From the NCBI GenBank assembly GCA_044227665.1, contig JBGAWK010000008.1, positions 7,219-71,218 of the forward strand: a DNA stretch of 64,000 bases, in the 5' to 3' direction. Below, piece after piece: positions 38,416 through 47,454 of this stretch (within the stretch, counting starts at the first letter, position 1; each line of letters begins with the position of its first letter). Made by a program: the position numbers and the translations under genes. The notes below the pieces were generated by a model. It was not told where the DNA came from, searched no databases, and saw nothing but the letters and a program-made list of their open reading frames with translations. The stretch is from Chitinophagales bacterium. GTDB lineage: Bacteria > Bacteroidota > Bacteroidia > Chitinophagales > JADIYW01.

Positions 38416-38886
38416 TTGGAAGTTTTTAGGTTGTCAAAGCTTGCCTATTCCATAGAACTCTCGGGTAGGGGTGCAGCGAAATTCGGCAACAGATGGAATT
38501 CCAAAGGTGTAGAGATAATTTATACCGCAAGCAATAGGTCTTTGGCTATGGTAGAAGTTTTGGTACATCTACCCTTGAAACTGATACCTAAAGATTTTAT
38601 TATGATGACTATTTTCATCCCGGATAATATTCCACAGAAGGTAGTAACCTTGGAGCAGTTGCCTGAAGGCTGGAACAAATACCCTGTGTCCACAGGTGTA
38701 AAAAGTTATGGCGACAATTTTATTTCTGAAAATAAATATGCAATTTTGAAAGTACCGTCAGCAGTTACACGCGGAGATTTTAATGTACTGATTAATCCCT
38801 ATCATGTTGACTTTCAAAAGATAAAAATTATAGATAAAGAACCTTTTATGTTTGACAATAGATTCTTTGAAATCGAAAATAACTGA
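38416..38886 (+). CDS. RES domain toxin (NAD+-targeting family)
   Basis: GNRWNSKG (Arg), LAMVEVLVH (Glu) and LKVPSAV (Ser) give the R-E-S signature. TTG start 2 nt after the antitoxin stop. 156 aa. Confidence 0.8.
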   Translation: MEVFRLSKLAYSIELSGRGAAKFGNRWNSKGVEIIYTASNRSLAMVEVLVHLPLKLIPKDFIMMTIFIPDNIPQKVVTLEQLPEGWNKYPVSTGVKSYGDNFISENKYAILKVPSAVTRGDFNVLINPYHVDFQKIKIIDKEPFMFDNRFFEIENN

Positions 38887-38901
38887 AATTTTGGAGTACA
38901 A

Positions 38902-40311
38902 TCACATTGCCCTATCTATATCAAATGCTTCTAGATATTCTGCTACACGCTTTACAAACATGCCCCCTAGCGCACCATCTACTACTCTATGGTCATAGGT
39001 GTGTGAAAGATACATGCGATGTCGTATGCCTATCATATCACCCTGTGGAGTTTCTATTACTACGGGCTTTTTTACTATCGCTCCTACAGCCATGATTGCT
39101 ACTTGAGGCTGTGGGATAATTGGTGTGCCTAATATGTTGCCAAAAGTGCCTATGTTGGAAATAGTGTATGTGCCACCATCAATATCTGCGGTACTTAGCT
39201 TATTTGTTCGTGCTCTTGCTGCTAAGTCATTGATGGCAGCCGCCAGACCAGTAAGCGAAAGTTTGTCGGCATTTTTTATTACGGGTACTATCAAATTGCC
39301 TGAGGGTAGAGCTGTCGCTATTCCTATGTTGATACTTTTCTTTTTTATTATATTTTCTCCATCTACCGAAACATTTATCATGGGGAAGTCTTTTATGGCT
39401 CTTGCGATAGCTTCTACAAATACAGGCATAAATGTGAGGTTGAATCCCTCCTGTTTTTTGAATCCCTCTTTATGTGTATTACGCCAAAGTACGATATTGG
39501 TAACGTCTGCCTCTACAAATGAAGATACGTGAGCAGAAATGCGCTTGGAGTCCACCATGTTTTTGGCAATTAATTTTCGCATTCTGTCCATGGCTATAAT
39601 TTCGGTATCAGCTGGAATTATAGGTATTGATACAAGGGGCTCTTTTTGTTCGGGAAGTTTTTCTGTATTTTCTAGGGTGTTCTCGCTTCTATGTTGTAAT
39701 GGAAGGGTAGAAATATTGCCGGATTTTTTGGAAGCCACATAAGATAGGATATCTTCTTTTGTAACTCTATTGTCCAAGCCTGAGCCTGCTATATTGTCCA
39801 ATTCCTTCATGGTGACACCTTCGATGTGGGCTATATTGAGGACAAGCGGACTGAAATATTTGCCACCTTGTGCTATATTTGGGGTGGTGAGCGTAAGGGT
39901 AAGAGGCGGCACAGCTTGTTCTGTAAGGACTTTATTATGAGATGATGCTGATGGGTTTTCTTCCGCAGAGGATATTGTTTGTTGCTGGTGGGGTGCTTTA
40001 TTGGCAGTGACTTGGGTTTGTTCAGGAAAGGAATCGGGAGAAGATTTTGGAATAGATTGTAGCGTTTCGGTTTCGGTATGAATGATAGCCAATGGGGTGC
40101 CTATAGCCACGACTTCGCCTTCATGGTGTAGGCGTTGCTGTATTATACCACTTACAGGTGATGGTACATCGGAATCTACTTTGTCGGTAGCTACTTCTAG
40201 TAATATTTCATTCTCGTAAATAGTGTCACCTTCTTTCTTGTGCCAGGTAAGAATGGTAGCCTCTATCACGCTTTCACCCATTTTGGGCAGTAAGAGCCGA
40301 AATTCTCCCAT
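38902..40311 (-). CDS. 2-oxoacid dehydrogenase E2 component (dihydrolipoamide acyltransferase)
   Basis: Lipoyl domain (EVATDKVDSDVPSP), a peripheral subunit-binding domain (SPLVLNIA...GSGLDNRVTKEDI), and a catalytic domain ending in SHTYDHRVVDGA. Confidence 0.9.
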   Translation of the reverse strand: MGEFRLLLPKMGESVIEATILTWHKKEGDTIYENEILLEVATDKVDSDVPSPVSGIIQQRLHHEGEVVAIGTPLAIIHTETETLQSIPKSSPDSFPEQTQVTANKAPHQQQTISSAEENPSASSHNKVLTEQAVPPLTLTLTTPNIAQGGKYFSPLVLNIAHIEGVTMKELDNIAGSGLDNRVTKEDILSYVASKKSGNISTLPLQHRSENTLENTEKLPEQKEPLVSIPIIPADTEIIAMDRMRKLIAKNMVDSKRISAHVSSFVEADVTNIVLWRNTHKEGFKKQEGFNLTFMPVFVEAIARAIKDFPMINVSVDGENIIKKKSINIGIATALPSGNLIVPVIKNADKLSLTGLAAAINDLAARARTNKLSTADIDGGTYTISNIGTFGNILGTPIIPQPQVAIMAVGAIVKKPVVIETPQGDMIGIRHRMYLSHTYDHRVVDGALGGMFVKRVAEYLEAFDIDRAM

Positions 40312-40373
40312 ATATTATTTTTAAACAAATATAGAGGAATAGTAGAGGATATAGTCTGAAATATCAGAATATT

Positions 40374-40943
40374 TTATTGTTGCTCTAGTAAGTCTTGCTC
40401 CACCTCTACAGGGGTATAGCGCGCAGACTTATAGTAATAGCGACTCCAGTAATCTTCAGATAAATCACTTACTATTACACCCTTACTACATGTAGAATGA
40501 GTGAACTTGTTATTACCTAAATATAACCCTACGTGTGTTATATTACTGCTGTTAATTCTAAAAAATACTAAGTCGCCTTCTTGTAATTCATCTTTGCTTA
40601 CTTGTGTACACTTGCTATATTGCTCTTTAGAATTTCCTGAAAGGTCACTGTTGAGTGCTTCAACATGTAACATTTGCGTATAATGGGAACAGTCTATGCC
40701 TTTTTTGGAATTGCCCCCAAATACATAACGAGTGTTTAGCCATTTGAATGTTACGAAGAATAAATCTACATTGTCAGTCTGCATGAGGTCTATACCTTTT
40801 TGACTGAAAAATGTACTTACCTTCTCTAAGTCCACTTCATATCTTTCGGCCACACTTGTAAGTGCATCCAAAGATTGTGTACCTGCCATCAAATTACTGG
40901 CTACTGTGAGGGATATTATCAGACTCAGTAGTTTCTTTACCAT
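40374..40943 (-). CDS. C40 family (NlpC/P60) peptidoglycan peptidase
   Basis: Signal peptide, catalytic Cys context GIDCSHYTQ and His context ITHVGLYLGNNKFTHS. ATG 40943 is preferred over TTG 40970. Confidence 0.8.
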   Translation of the reverse strand: MVKKLLSLIISLTVASNLMAGTQSLDALTSVAERYEVDLEKVSTFFSQKGIDLMQTDNVDLFFVTFKWLNTRYVFGGNSKKGIDCSHYTQMLHVEALNSDLSGNSKEQYSKCTQVSKDELQEGDLVFFRINSSNITHVGLYLGNNKFTHSTCSKGVIVSDLSEDYWSRYYYKSARYTPVEVEQDLLEQQ

Positions 40944-41089
40944 AGGTGCAAAAATAGCCTTACGTGACAAGCTATTCTAATATGTTAAAAATGAATTTCT
41001 TTTAATTTTTTGTTAATTTAACAAATAAATATATTGATAATCAATACTATATATTTTAAAAGTTAAAAAATAGTTTAACAACTTTTTAA

Positions 41090-43267
41090 CTAATAAATGA
41101 GGATAGGCATGGCTTTATATAGATATGTTTCGGAATAGAGTCGTATCCAGTATGTACTCTTTGCCCAGTGATTACAGTTAATAATCTCTGTATTTCCTAA
41201 AAAGTTCCCTGTATAAATGACTTTTCCTGTAATATCTACTATTTCGTAATGGTATTTCTCAGAATTGTCTGTCGTAATGGTAAAAGTATGCTTTGCTGGA
41301 TTAGGATATATATGAAACAAAGGATTAGTTTTGTCAAGATTCGCTGAAGGAGCTTCAAAGTCCAAAGTTAGTGTACCCAAACTATATCCCGGCAAAATAT
41401 ATGTTCCTCTAAGTAATGTATCGGAAGCATAAAAATACATAATACTGTCTTCTGTTTCGCAAAGAGAAGCATCGCAAAATGGTCTATTAGAAGAACACCA
41501 GTAATTGGCATGTAGGATTTCATGTCTAGTAATAGCAGGATGGGATGAAGACGTAGATTTTTGGATATTTCTAGTATCTAAAGATATTTCTGCTCCTGAA
41601 TTATTCATGTATAGTAAATAATATTTCCCATTGTCAGAATTATGGAACATATCTATATAAACATCTTTTCCGAATGGATGCGAGATATTTACTTTTGGGA
41701 ATTGATTATACAGACGATAGGATGACATATAACCATAATAGAGGTTGTTTTTTTCTAGTATATAATTATAGGTTAGAGAATTATTATATGCATTAAAAAG
41801 AGCGTATTGCTGATTCATGGTGGCTATCACATTATGGTAAGTGACATCTTTGACTCTTTGGTGCATTTTCTTATAATTATAGATGGCTTTCCAATATTTA
41901 TGTATGAATGTGTTATGGGCAAATGAATTGGCGATAATGTTGGCTGCACCAATATTCCATTCGGTTATCCATATATCTTTATTAGGAACGATAGTGCCTG
42001 CATTGTCTAAGACATCATATAATAAAGTGTCGGTATAATAGTCTATAAATTTTTGTATAATAAATATGAGGGACTCAGGGTTGATGCCTTCTTGTTGTAA
42101 AACTTCGCAGATGGGCATTTGCTGTAAGTAAGTATGCAGGATTATAGCATTGCAATATGATGTATTTGCAATCATATTGTTCCATATTAGGTCTTGTTTC
42201 GCAGTAGTATTGAATATACTATTTACTGAAATAGATGAGTCTGCGTTAAGTAGCATAGATTTATTAGCCAAGATGCCACATATCCCTATCTCCATATTAC
42301 CGTCTAAGGTATCTAAGAGGGAGGCATATAACTTGCAGAGTACAAAATATTTGAATAGCCCCTCGCAAAATGAATATATGGTAAGTTTTCCTCTATTATA
42401 TATGAATGCAGATGTGTCATGCAAGGTGCAATCAAAGCCTATTTTGTCACAATCATCATCATATACTTCCAGTTGATTATACATTTCATTGCCTAGCTCT
42501 ACTTTATTTATAACAATGCCATTATCCTTGAGAAACCTTATGCAGTTTAGATTTTCATTTATCTGTTTTACAAAATTACTGTCAGACTTCAGAAGGTCAA
42601 TAAAATCATTTCCCGCAGGTAATTCTATTAGTTTATTTATTCTTCTTGCTAATTGATACGCCAGCAAGGTGTCCATGACATCGAAATTAATATCAGCAAT
42701 GGGTACAAGGCTAAGTATGCCCGACCTTATATAAGCTTCAATACCTGCATTGTATTTATTGAAATGATTGAGATTAAAATGACTTAGGAGATTGGCAACA
42801 TATACTATTTCCAAAGGTTGTCCTGTCCTAGCTTTCATTCCATTGTTTAACTCCACCATATAGTAAGCATGATTTTTACTATATACAGAATCCATTACCA
42901 TCCTTGCCAGTATCATTGAATCATCCAGGGTGCCTGGGCGACATATCAGTTCTGTACTATCGTAGCCATATCCACTACGACCGTTGAAATGATAAAATTG
43001 GGAAAAAGTGCCGGCAGGAAATCGCAACTTCCTAATATTATTTTCTGTAATGGCATCTATAAAAGGAGCGGCGACACTATCTTTTATAACCATACCGGCT
43101 GTGTCTCTTTCTACGGCAATGATAGGATATAGTAATCCAAAATTGAGACCAGTAATAGAAGGCGAAAATTGTACTTCTTCCACCGCGGAAGAGTCAATGG
43201 TGATTTGTGCATGGTTATAGCACGGAAAGCAAGTGTGCAATAGCAGAATACAAAACCATTTCTTCAT
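41090..43267 (-). CDS. secreted clan GH-A-like glycoside hydrolase candidate with T9SS C-terminal sorting domain
   Basis: Signal peptide, VELGNEMYN (acid/base-like NE) and IWITEWNIG (nucleophile-like E). The C-terminal ~80 aa (FHIYPNPAKHTFTITT...YWIRLYS) is a type A Por/T9SS CTD. Confidence 0.55.
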   Translation of the reverse strand: MKKWFCILLLHTCFPCYNHAQITIDSSAVEEVQFSPSITGLNFGLLYPIIAVERDTAGMVIKDSVAAPFIDAITENNIRKLRFPAGTFSQFYHFNGRSGYGYDSTELICRPGTLDDSMILARMVMDSVYSKNHAYYMVELNNGMKARTGQPLEIVYVANLLSHFNLNHFNKYNAGIEAYIRSGILSLVPIADINFDVMDTLLAYQLARRINKLIELPAGNDFIDLLKSDSNFVKQINENLNCIRFLKDNGIVINKVELGNEMYNQLEVYDDDCDKIGFDCTLHDTSAFIYNRGKLTIYSFCEGLFKYFVLCKLYASLLDTLDGNMEIGICGILANKSMLLNADSSISVNSIFNTTAKQDLIWNNMIANTSYCNAIILHTYLQQMPICEVLQQEGINPESLIFIIQKFIDYYTDTLLYDVLDNAGTIVPNKDIWITEWNIGAANIIANSFAHNTFIHKYWKAIYNYKKMHQRVKDVTYHNVIATMNQQYALFNAYNNSLTYNYILEKNNLYYGYMSSYRLYNQFPKVNISHPFGKDVYIDMFHNSDNGKYYLLYMNNSGAEISLDTRNIQKSTSSSHPAITRHEILHANYWCSSNRPFCDASLCETEDSIMYFYASDTLLRGTYILPGYSLGTLTLDFEAPSANLDKTNPLFHIYPNPAKHTFTITTDNSEKYHYEIVDITGKVIYTGNFLGNTEIINCNHWAKSTYWIRLYSETYLYKAMPILIY

Positions 43268-43308
43268 GCCCTAAAGATAAAATTGCCAAAACAATTAATT
43301 AATACTTA

Positions 43309-43330
43309 TTTTCAATGCATGCATTGAAAA
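43309..43330. promoter_or_regulatory. perfect 22-bp palindrome, candidate operator
   Basis: TTTTCAATGCA|TGCATTGAAAA has all 11 positions complementary. It lies in the divergent intergenic region, 5 nt upstream of a TAnnTTTG box. Confidence 0.5.
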
Positions 43331-43335
43331 ACATA

Positions 43336-43343
43336 TATTTTTG
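43336..43343 (+). promoter_or_regulatory. candidate -7 promoter box for the acyl-CoA dehydrogenase gene
   Basis: TATTTTTG ends 19 nt upstream of the ATG at 43363. Confidence 0.4.
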
Positions 43344-43362
43344 AATACATAAAAAATATAGT

Positions 43363-45162
43363 ATGACTACACAGCATTATAAGCTTACAGGAGGCAACTT
43401 CTTATTTTCAGAAACCGACCCTGCTCAGGTATTTATTCCTGAAGATTTTTCAGAAGAACAAAGGATGATTGGAGACATGGTGAAAGATTTTTGTGTAAAG
43501 GAAATTCACGGTATCGGTTTAGAAAAATTAGCCTTAATGGATGCTGCCAAAGATATGGATAAGGTAAAAGATTTATTCGACAAAGCTGCTGAACTTGGTC
43601 TTTGCGGCGTATCCATAGGGGAGGAGTATGGCGGCATGGGACTAGACTTTACTACTAGCTTAGTATTCGGAGAATCCATAGCCTTAGGACTTGCCTTTGC
43701 TACAACGATAGGAGCTCAGACCTCTATAGGATCTTTGCCTATAGTATGGTATGGCAATGAAGAACAAAAACAAAAATACCTGCCAAAGATAGCCTCTGGG
43801 GAATATGCATGTTCTTATGCACTTACAGAGCCCAGTGCAGGTTCGGATGCCAATAGCGGCAAGACCAAAGCAGTGATGAATGCAGAGGGCACACACTATA
43901 TCCTCAATGGACAGAAAATGTGGATCACCAATGGTGGCTTTGCTGATGTGTTTATCGTTTTTGCCAAAATTGATGATGATGAGCGTCTATCAGCCTTCAT
44001 TGTAGAGAAAGCATTTGGCGGTGTGGAGACAGGTAAGGAAGAGAAAAAAATGGGTATCAAGAGTTCCTCTACGGTACAGGTGTTTTTCAACAACTGTCCC
44101 ATCCCTAAGGAAAATCTATTGGGAGAAAGAGGTAAAGGTTTCAATATGGCATTGAATATATTGAATAACGGTAGAATAAAGATTTGTGCCGGTGCAGTGG
44201 GAGGAATAAAATTTGGCGTTCAAAAATCTGTTCAGTATGCCAATCAGCGTATCCAATTTAATAAGCCTATATCGGAATTTGGTGCCATGAAACAGAAGAT
44301 TGGGCAAATGATAATGAATAGTTTTGTATGTGAATCAGCATTGTACAGAGCTGGTGCTGATGTAGATAAGAAGTATAAAGAACTGAAAGCTGCCGGAGCT
44401 TCAGAAAATGATGCCAAAATCAATTCTATGCGTGAATATGCAATAGAATGTGCGATACTTAAAGTCCAAGGCTCTGAGGCGATGTGTAAGTCTGCGGATG
44501 AGACAATACAGATACATGGCGGCATGGGCTATTCTATGGAGACAGGCGTAGAAATGGCCTACCGTGATGCCCGAATTACGAAAATATATGAAGGCACCAA
44601 TGAAATAAACAGAATGCTTGCGCTCGCAGAATTTTATAAGCGTGCCTTCCAAACCAAAGAATTGAAAATCAACGACGCTATGCGCTCTATACCTATGGGT
44701 ATAGCCAAAAACTTTAATCCTTTTGATAATGGCTTTCTATCAAGAGAGACCGAGATAGTCGGTAATTTGAAGAGTATATTTATGATTATCACAGGTGCCG
44801 CCGGTAGAAAATTGAAAACCAAATTGGTAGATGAACAAGAGATAGTGATGAACTTGGCAGATATTATGGCTATGGCTTTCATGTGCGAGTCTGCACTCTT
44901 GAGAGTGAAAAAACTCAAAGCTGCCAGCAATGAAAAGGATTTGGATATTAAGATCAAAGCTACACAGCTATACATATACGAAGCTTTGGAAATAGCAAGA
45001 CGCTCAGCTTATCAGGCTATAGACAGTTTCTCCTCGGGCGTAGAAAAATTCGCATTGCGTAGGATCATGGATGGACTATTGAGAAGTTATGATGTCAATC
45101 CAAAAGATCTTTGTCGTACATTGGCAGATGCAGCAATAGCTTCAAATGATTATCCAATATAA
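43363..45162 (+). CDS. long-form acyl-CoA dehydrogenase (FadE-like, with C-terminal extension)
   Basis: ACAD motifs YALTEPSAGSD, WITNGGFADVF and QIHGGMGY, plus about 180 additional C-terminal residues. Confidence 0.9.
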   Translation: MTTQHYKLTGGNFLFSETDPAQVFIPEDFSEEQRMIGDMVKDFCVKEIHGIGLEKLALMDAAKDMDKVKDLFDKAAELGLCGVSIGEEYGGMGLDFTTSLVFGESIALGLAFATTIGAQTSIGSLPIVWYGNEEQKQKYLPKIASGEYACSYALTEPSAGSDANSGKTKAVMNAEGTHYILNGQKMWITNGGFADVFIVFAKIDDDERLSAFIVEKAFGGVETGKEEKKMGIKSSSTVQVFFNNCPIPKENLLGERGKGFNMALNILNNGRIKICAGAVGGIKFGVQKSVQYANQRIQFNKPISEFGAMKQKIGQMIMNSFVCESALYRAGADVDKKYKELKAAGASENDAKINSMREYAIECAILKVQGSEAMCKSADETIQIHGGMGYSMETGVEMAYRDARITKIYEGTNEINRMLALAEFYKRAFQTKELKINDAMRSIPMGIAKNFNPFDNGFLSRETEIVGNLKSIFMIITGAAGRKLKTKLVDEQEIVMNLADIMAMAFMCESALLRVKKLKAASNEKDLDIKIKATQLYIYEALEIARRSAYQAIDSFSSGVEKFALRRIMDGLLRSYDVNPKDLCRTLADAAIASNDYPI

Positions 45163-45191
45163 TTATATACAATTATATAATTGGTTTTTTG

Positions 45192-45218
45192 CCCTGTAGT
45201 CATTCTACAGGGTTTTTT
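45192..45218 (+). terminator. rho-independent terminator
   Basis: ccctgtag / ctacaggg 8-bp stem with a 5-nt loop, followed by TTTTTT, 30 nt after the stop. Confidence 0.75.
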
Positions 45219-45337
45219 ATTATATACGAATGAAAAATATAGAGTCTCCTCATGATAAAATATTTCTTACTATACCTTTTTTTATAATACTAGCAGCTTA
45301 CTTGATGAATTTCCATATAAAAACATATATTTGATAT

Positions 45338-45931
45338 ATGAAAAATATGTTTTTGTCCCTCATAATCCTGCTAAATGCTTGCGGAAGTATCTCAAAAAAG
45401 AATGTAATTTCCAATTCTCGGGATGATAGTGCTAAAACTGAAAAAAGTTTTTATGATTTTACAGTAAAAAATATTGAAAGTCAAGATATTGCACTATCCA
45501 CCTATAAAGGTAAAGTTCTTGTAATTGTAAATACTGCTAGTAAATGTGGGCACACCCCTCAATATGAAAGTATTGAAGCATTTTATAAAAAGTATAAAGA
45601 CAAAGGTGTAGAGGTGCTAGGATTTCCTGCTAATAATTTTATGGGGCAAGAGCCAGGAAGTGATGAAGAAATTAAGAATTTTTGCACTTTAAATTATGGA
45701 GTAAGTTTTCCGATGTTTAGTAAGATTTCCGTGAAGGGTGATGACATCCATCCTCTATATAGTTTCCTTACTGAAAAAGCACAAAATGGAGCTATAGATG
45801 CAGAAGTGAAGTGGAATTTTCAGAAATTTGTAGTCAATAAGAAGGGTAGGGTAGTCGCTGCCTTTGCTCCAGCAACTACAGTAGATGACGATGAATTTCT
45901 GAATCTTATCAATAAATTGACGAAGGAATAA
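45338..45931 (+). CDS. glutathione peroxidase, lipoprotein-anchored form
   Basis: Lipobox (LLNACGS), then VNTASKCGHTPQY (Cys, codon TGT), GFPANNFMGQEPG and KWNFQKF motifs. Confidence 0.85.
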   Translation: MKNMFLSLIILLNACGSISKKNVISNSRDDSAKTEKSFYDFTVKNIESQDIALSTYKGKVLVIVNTASKCGHTPQYESIEAFYKKYKDKGVEVLGFPANNFMGQEPGSDEEIKNFCTLNYGVSFPMFSKISVKGDDIHPLYSFLTEKAQNGAIDAEVKWNFQKFVVNKKGRVVAAFAPATTVDDDEFLNLINKLTKE

Positions 45932-46284
45932 TGAGTAAAAACCTAAGCAATTAATAGTGTCTTGACTTCCCAACGCATAGGAGATTTTGATTCAAAGTAA
46001 AGAAAGAGGCGATATAACTATTTTTTTATACCTAAAAATGATTTATGATGTAGTTATAAGTCATTACCCATTCTTTTCGGCACGAAAATAAAAGATTTAT
46101 AAATTTTAAAATCGTAGATAAAATAATAAGATGTATCTCTCTAAAGTGATGTCCCCATTTTTTTCTAATACATTTACAATAATTATAAACCATCCTTTGC
46201 ATAACTGTATTAAATTTTTCCTAAAAATCACTATTTTGGTGCAAATCTTGTAAATATTACGTTATATAGTTAATATTGAAATAC

Positions 46285-46950
46285 ATGAAAAAAATAATAG
46301 CCTTTATATGGGTGAGTATATTTTATAGTGAGCATAATATAGCACAGACTACGCCTCCTACGGAAAATATTGTTTTACCTGCCATCACTATTGACAAAGA
46401 CACTATCGCCAGAGAATACGTACTAGAGCCTGTAAATATCTATGCCAGGCCCAAAGAGACAATAAATCTATCTTCCAGAGATCAGAATTACCTCAAAAAA
46501 ATATATCCATACGCACTGCGGGTATCTCGAATAGTATATATAATAGAGCAGCATACCGAAGAACTAAAAAAAAATAAGCAGAAAAAAAATTATCTCAAAG
46601 ACATGGAAAAAATGCTTAAGGATGAATTTACTGACGACCTCAAAAATCTTACACGTATACAAGGGCAGATGCTTACCAAGCTCATCTATAGAGAGACGGA
46701 CAGGACGGTATATGATTTAGTAAAAAAATACAAAGGAGGCTTTAGCGCCGGATGGTGGAATCTTATGGGTAAATTCTACGACCAGGATTTGAAGATGGAA
46801 TACGACCCCTTCGATGAAGATAAAGACATAGAAGTATATATCCAATACTTAGATGACCTATATTTGCATAACGGACTAAAAGAAGCTATAAATCATGAGC
46901 AATACAATCTATCCATACAAGATAAAAAACGCAAAGGGAAAAGAAATTAA
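46285..46950 (+). CDS. hypothetical secreted protein (possibly DUF4294-like)
   Basis: Signal peptide and a K/E-rich helical protein. The family assignment is from memory only. The 3' end overlaps the next gene by 56 nt. Confidence 0.45.
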   Translation: MKKIIAFIWVSIFYSEHNIAQTTPPTENIVLPAITIDKDTIAREYVLEPVNIYARPKETINLSSRDQNYLKKIYPYALRVSRIVYIIEQHTEELKKNKQKKNYLKDMEKMLKDEFTDDLKNLTRIQGQMLTKLIYRETDRTVYDLVKKYKGGFSAGWWNLMGKFYDQDLKMEYDPFDEDKDIEVYIQYLDDLYLHNGLKEAINHEQYNLSIQDKKRKGKRN

Positions 46951-47389
46951 CTTTGAAGATTATAGAGGTAAGGTACTACTCTTAGTTAATACGGCATCAA
47001 AATGCGGGCTTACGCCTCAGTATGGTGAGTTAGAAGCATTATATGAAAAGTATAAGAATCAAGGATTTGAGATTATAGGATTTCCTTCCAATGATTTTGC
47101 AGGACAAGAACCCTTATCCTCTGACAAAGCGGAGGAGTTTTGCCAGATTAATTATGGAGTATCATTTACCATTACGGAAAAAATACAAGTGAAAGGAGAG
47201 CAACAACACGACATCTTCAAGTTTCTTTCCAATAAGTCATTAAATGGCAAAGTAAACATTGCACCAAAATGGAATTTCCAGAAATACCTTATAGATAAAG
47301 AAGGACATGTGGTAGATTATTTTTTGCCCATCACCACCCCATCTTCTGCCAAAATTCATAAAGCCATAGAAAAGCGCTTAAATTCCTGA
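46895..47389 (+). CDS. glutathione peroxidase (cytoplasmic BtuE-like form)
   Basis: YRGKVLLLVNTASKCGLTPQY (Cys, codon TGC), GFPSNDFAGQEP and KWNFQKY motifs. Confidence 0.88.
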   Translation: MSNTIYPYKIKNAKGKEINFEDYRGKVLLLVNTASKCGLTPQYGELEALYEKYKNQGFEIIGFPSNDFAGQEPLSSDKAEEFCQINYGVSFTITEKIQVKGEQQHDIFKFLSNKSLNGKVNIAPKWNFQKYLIDKEGHVVDYFLPITTPSSAKIHKAIEKRLNS

Positions 47390-47454
47390 TTTTCACACAA
47401 AAAACATTATTATTATTTCAATTATTTCAATAATTTTATACTGAAATTATTTAC

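Noticed and set aside
45338-47389. Possible selenocysteine recoding in the two glutathione peroxidases.
   Set aside because: The catalytic positions are ordinary Cys codons (TGT at 45545..45547 and TGC at 47003..47005). There is no in-frame TGA.
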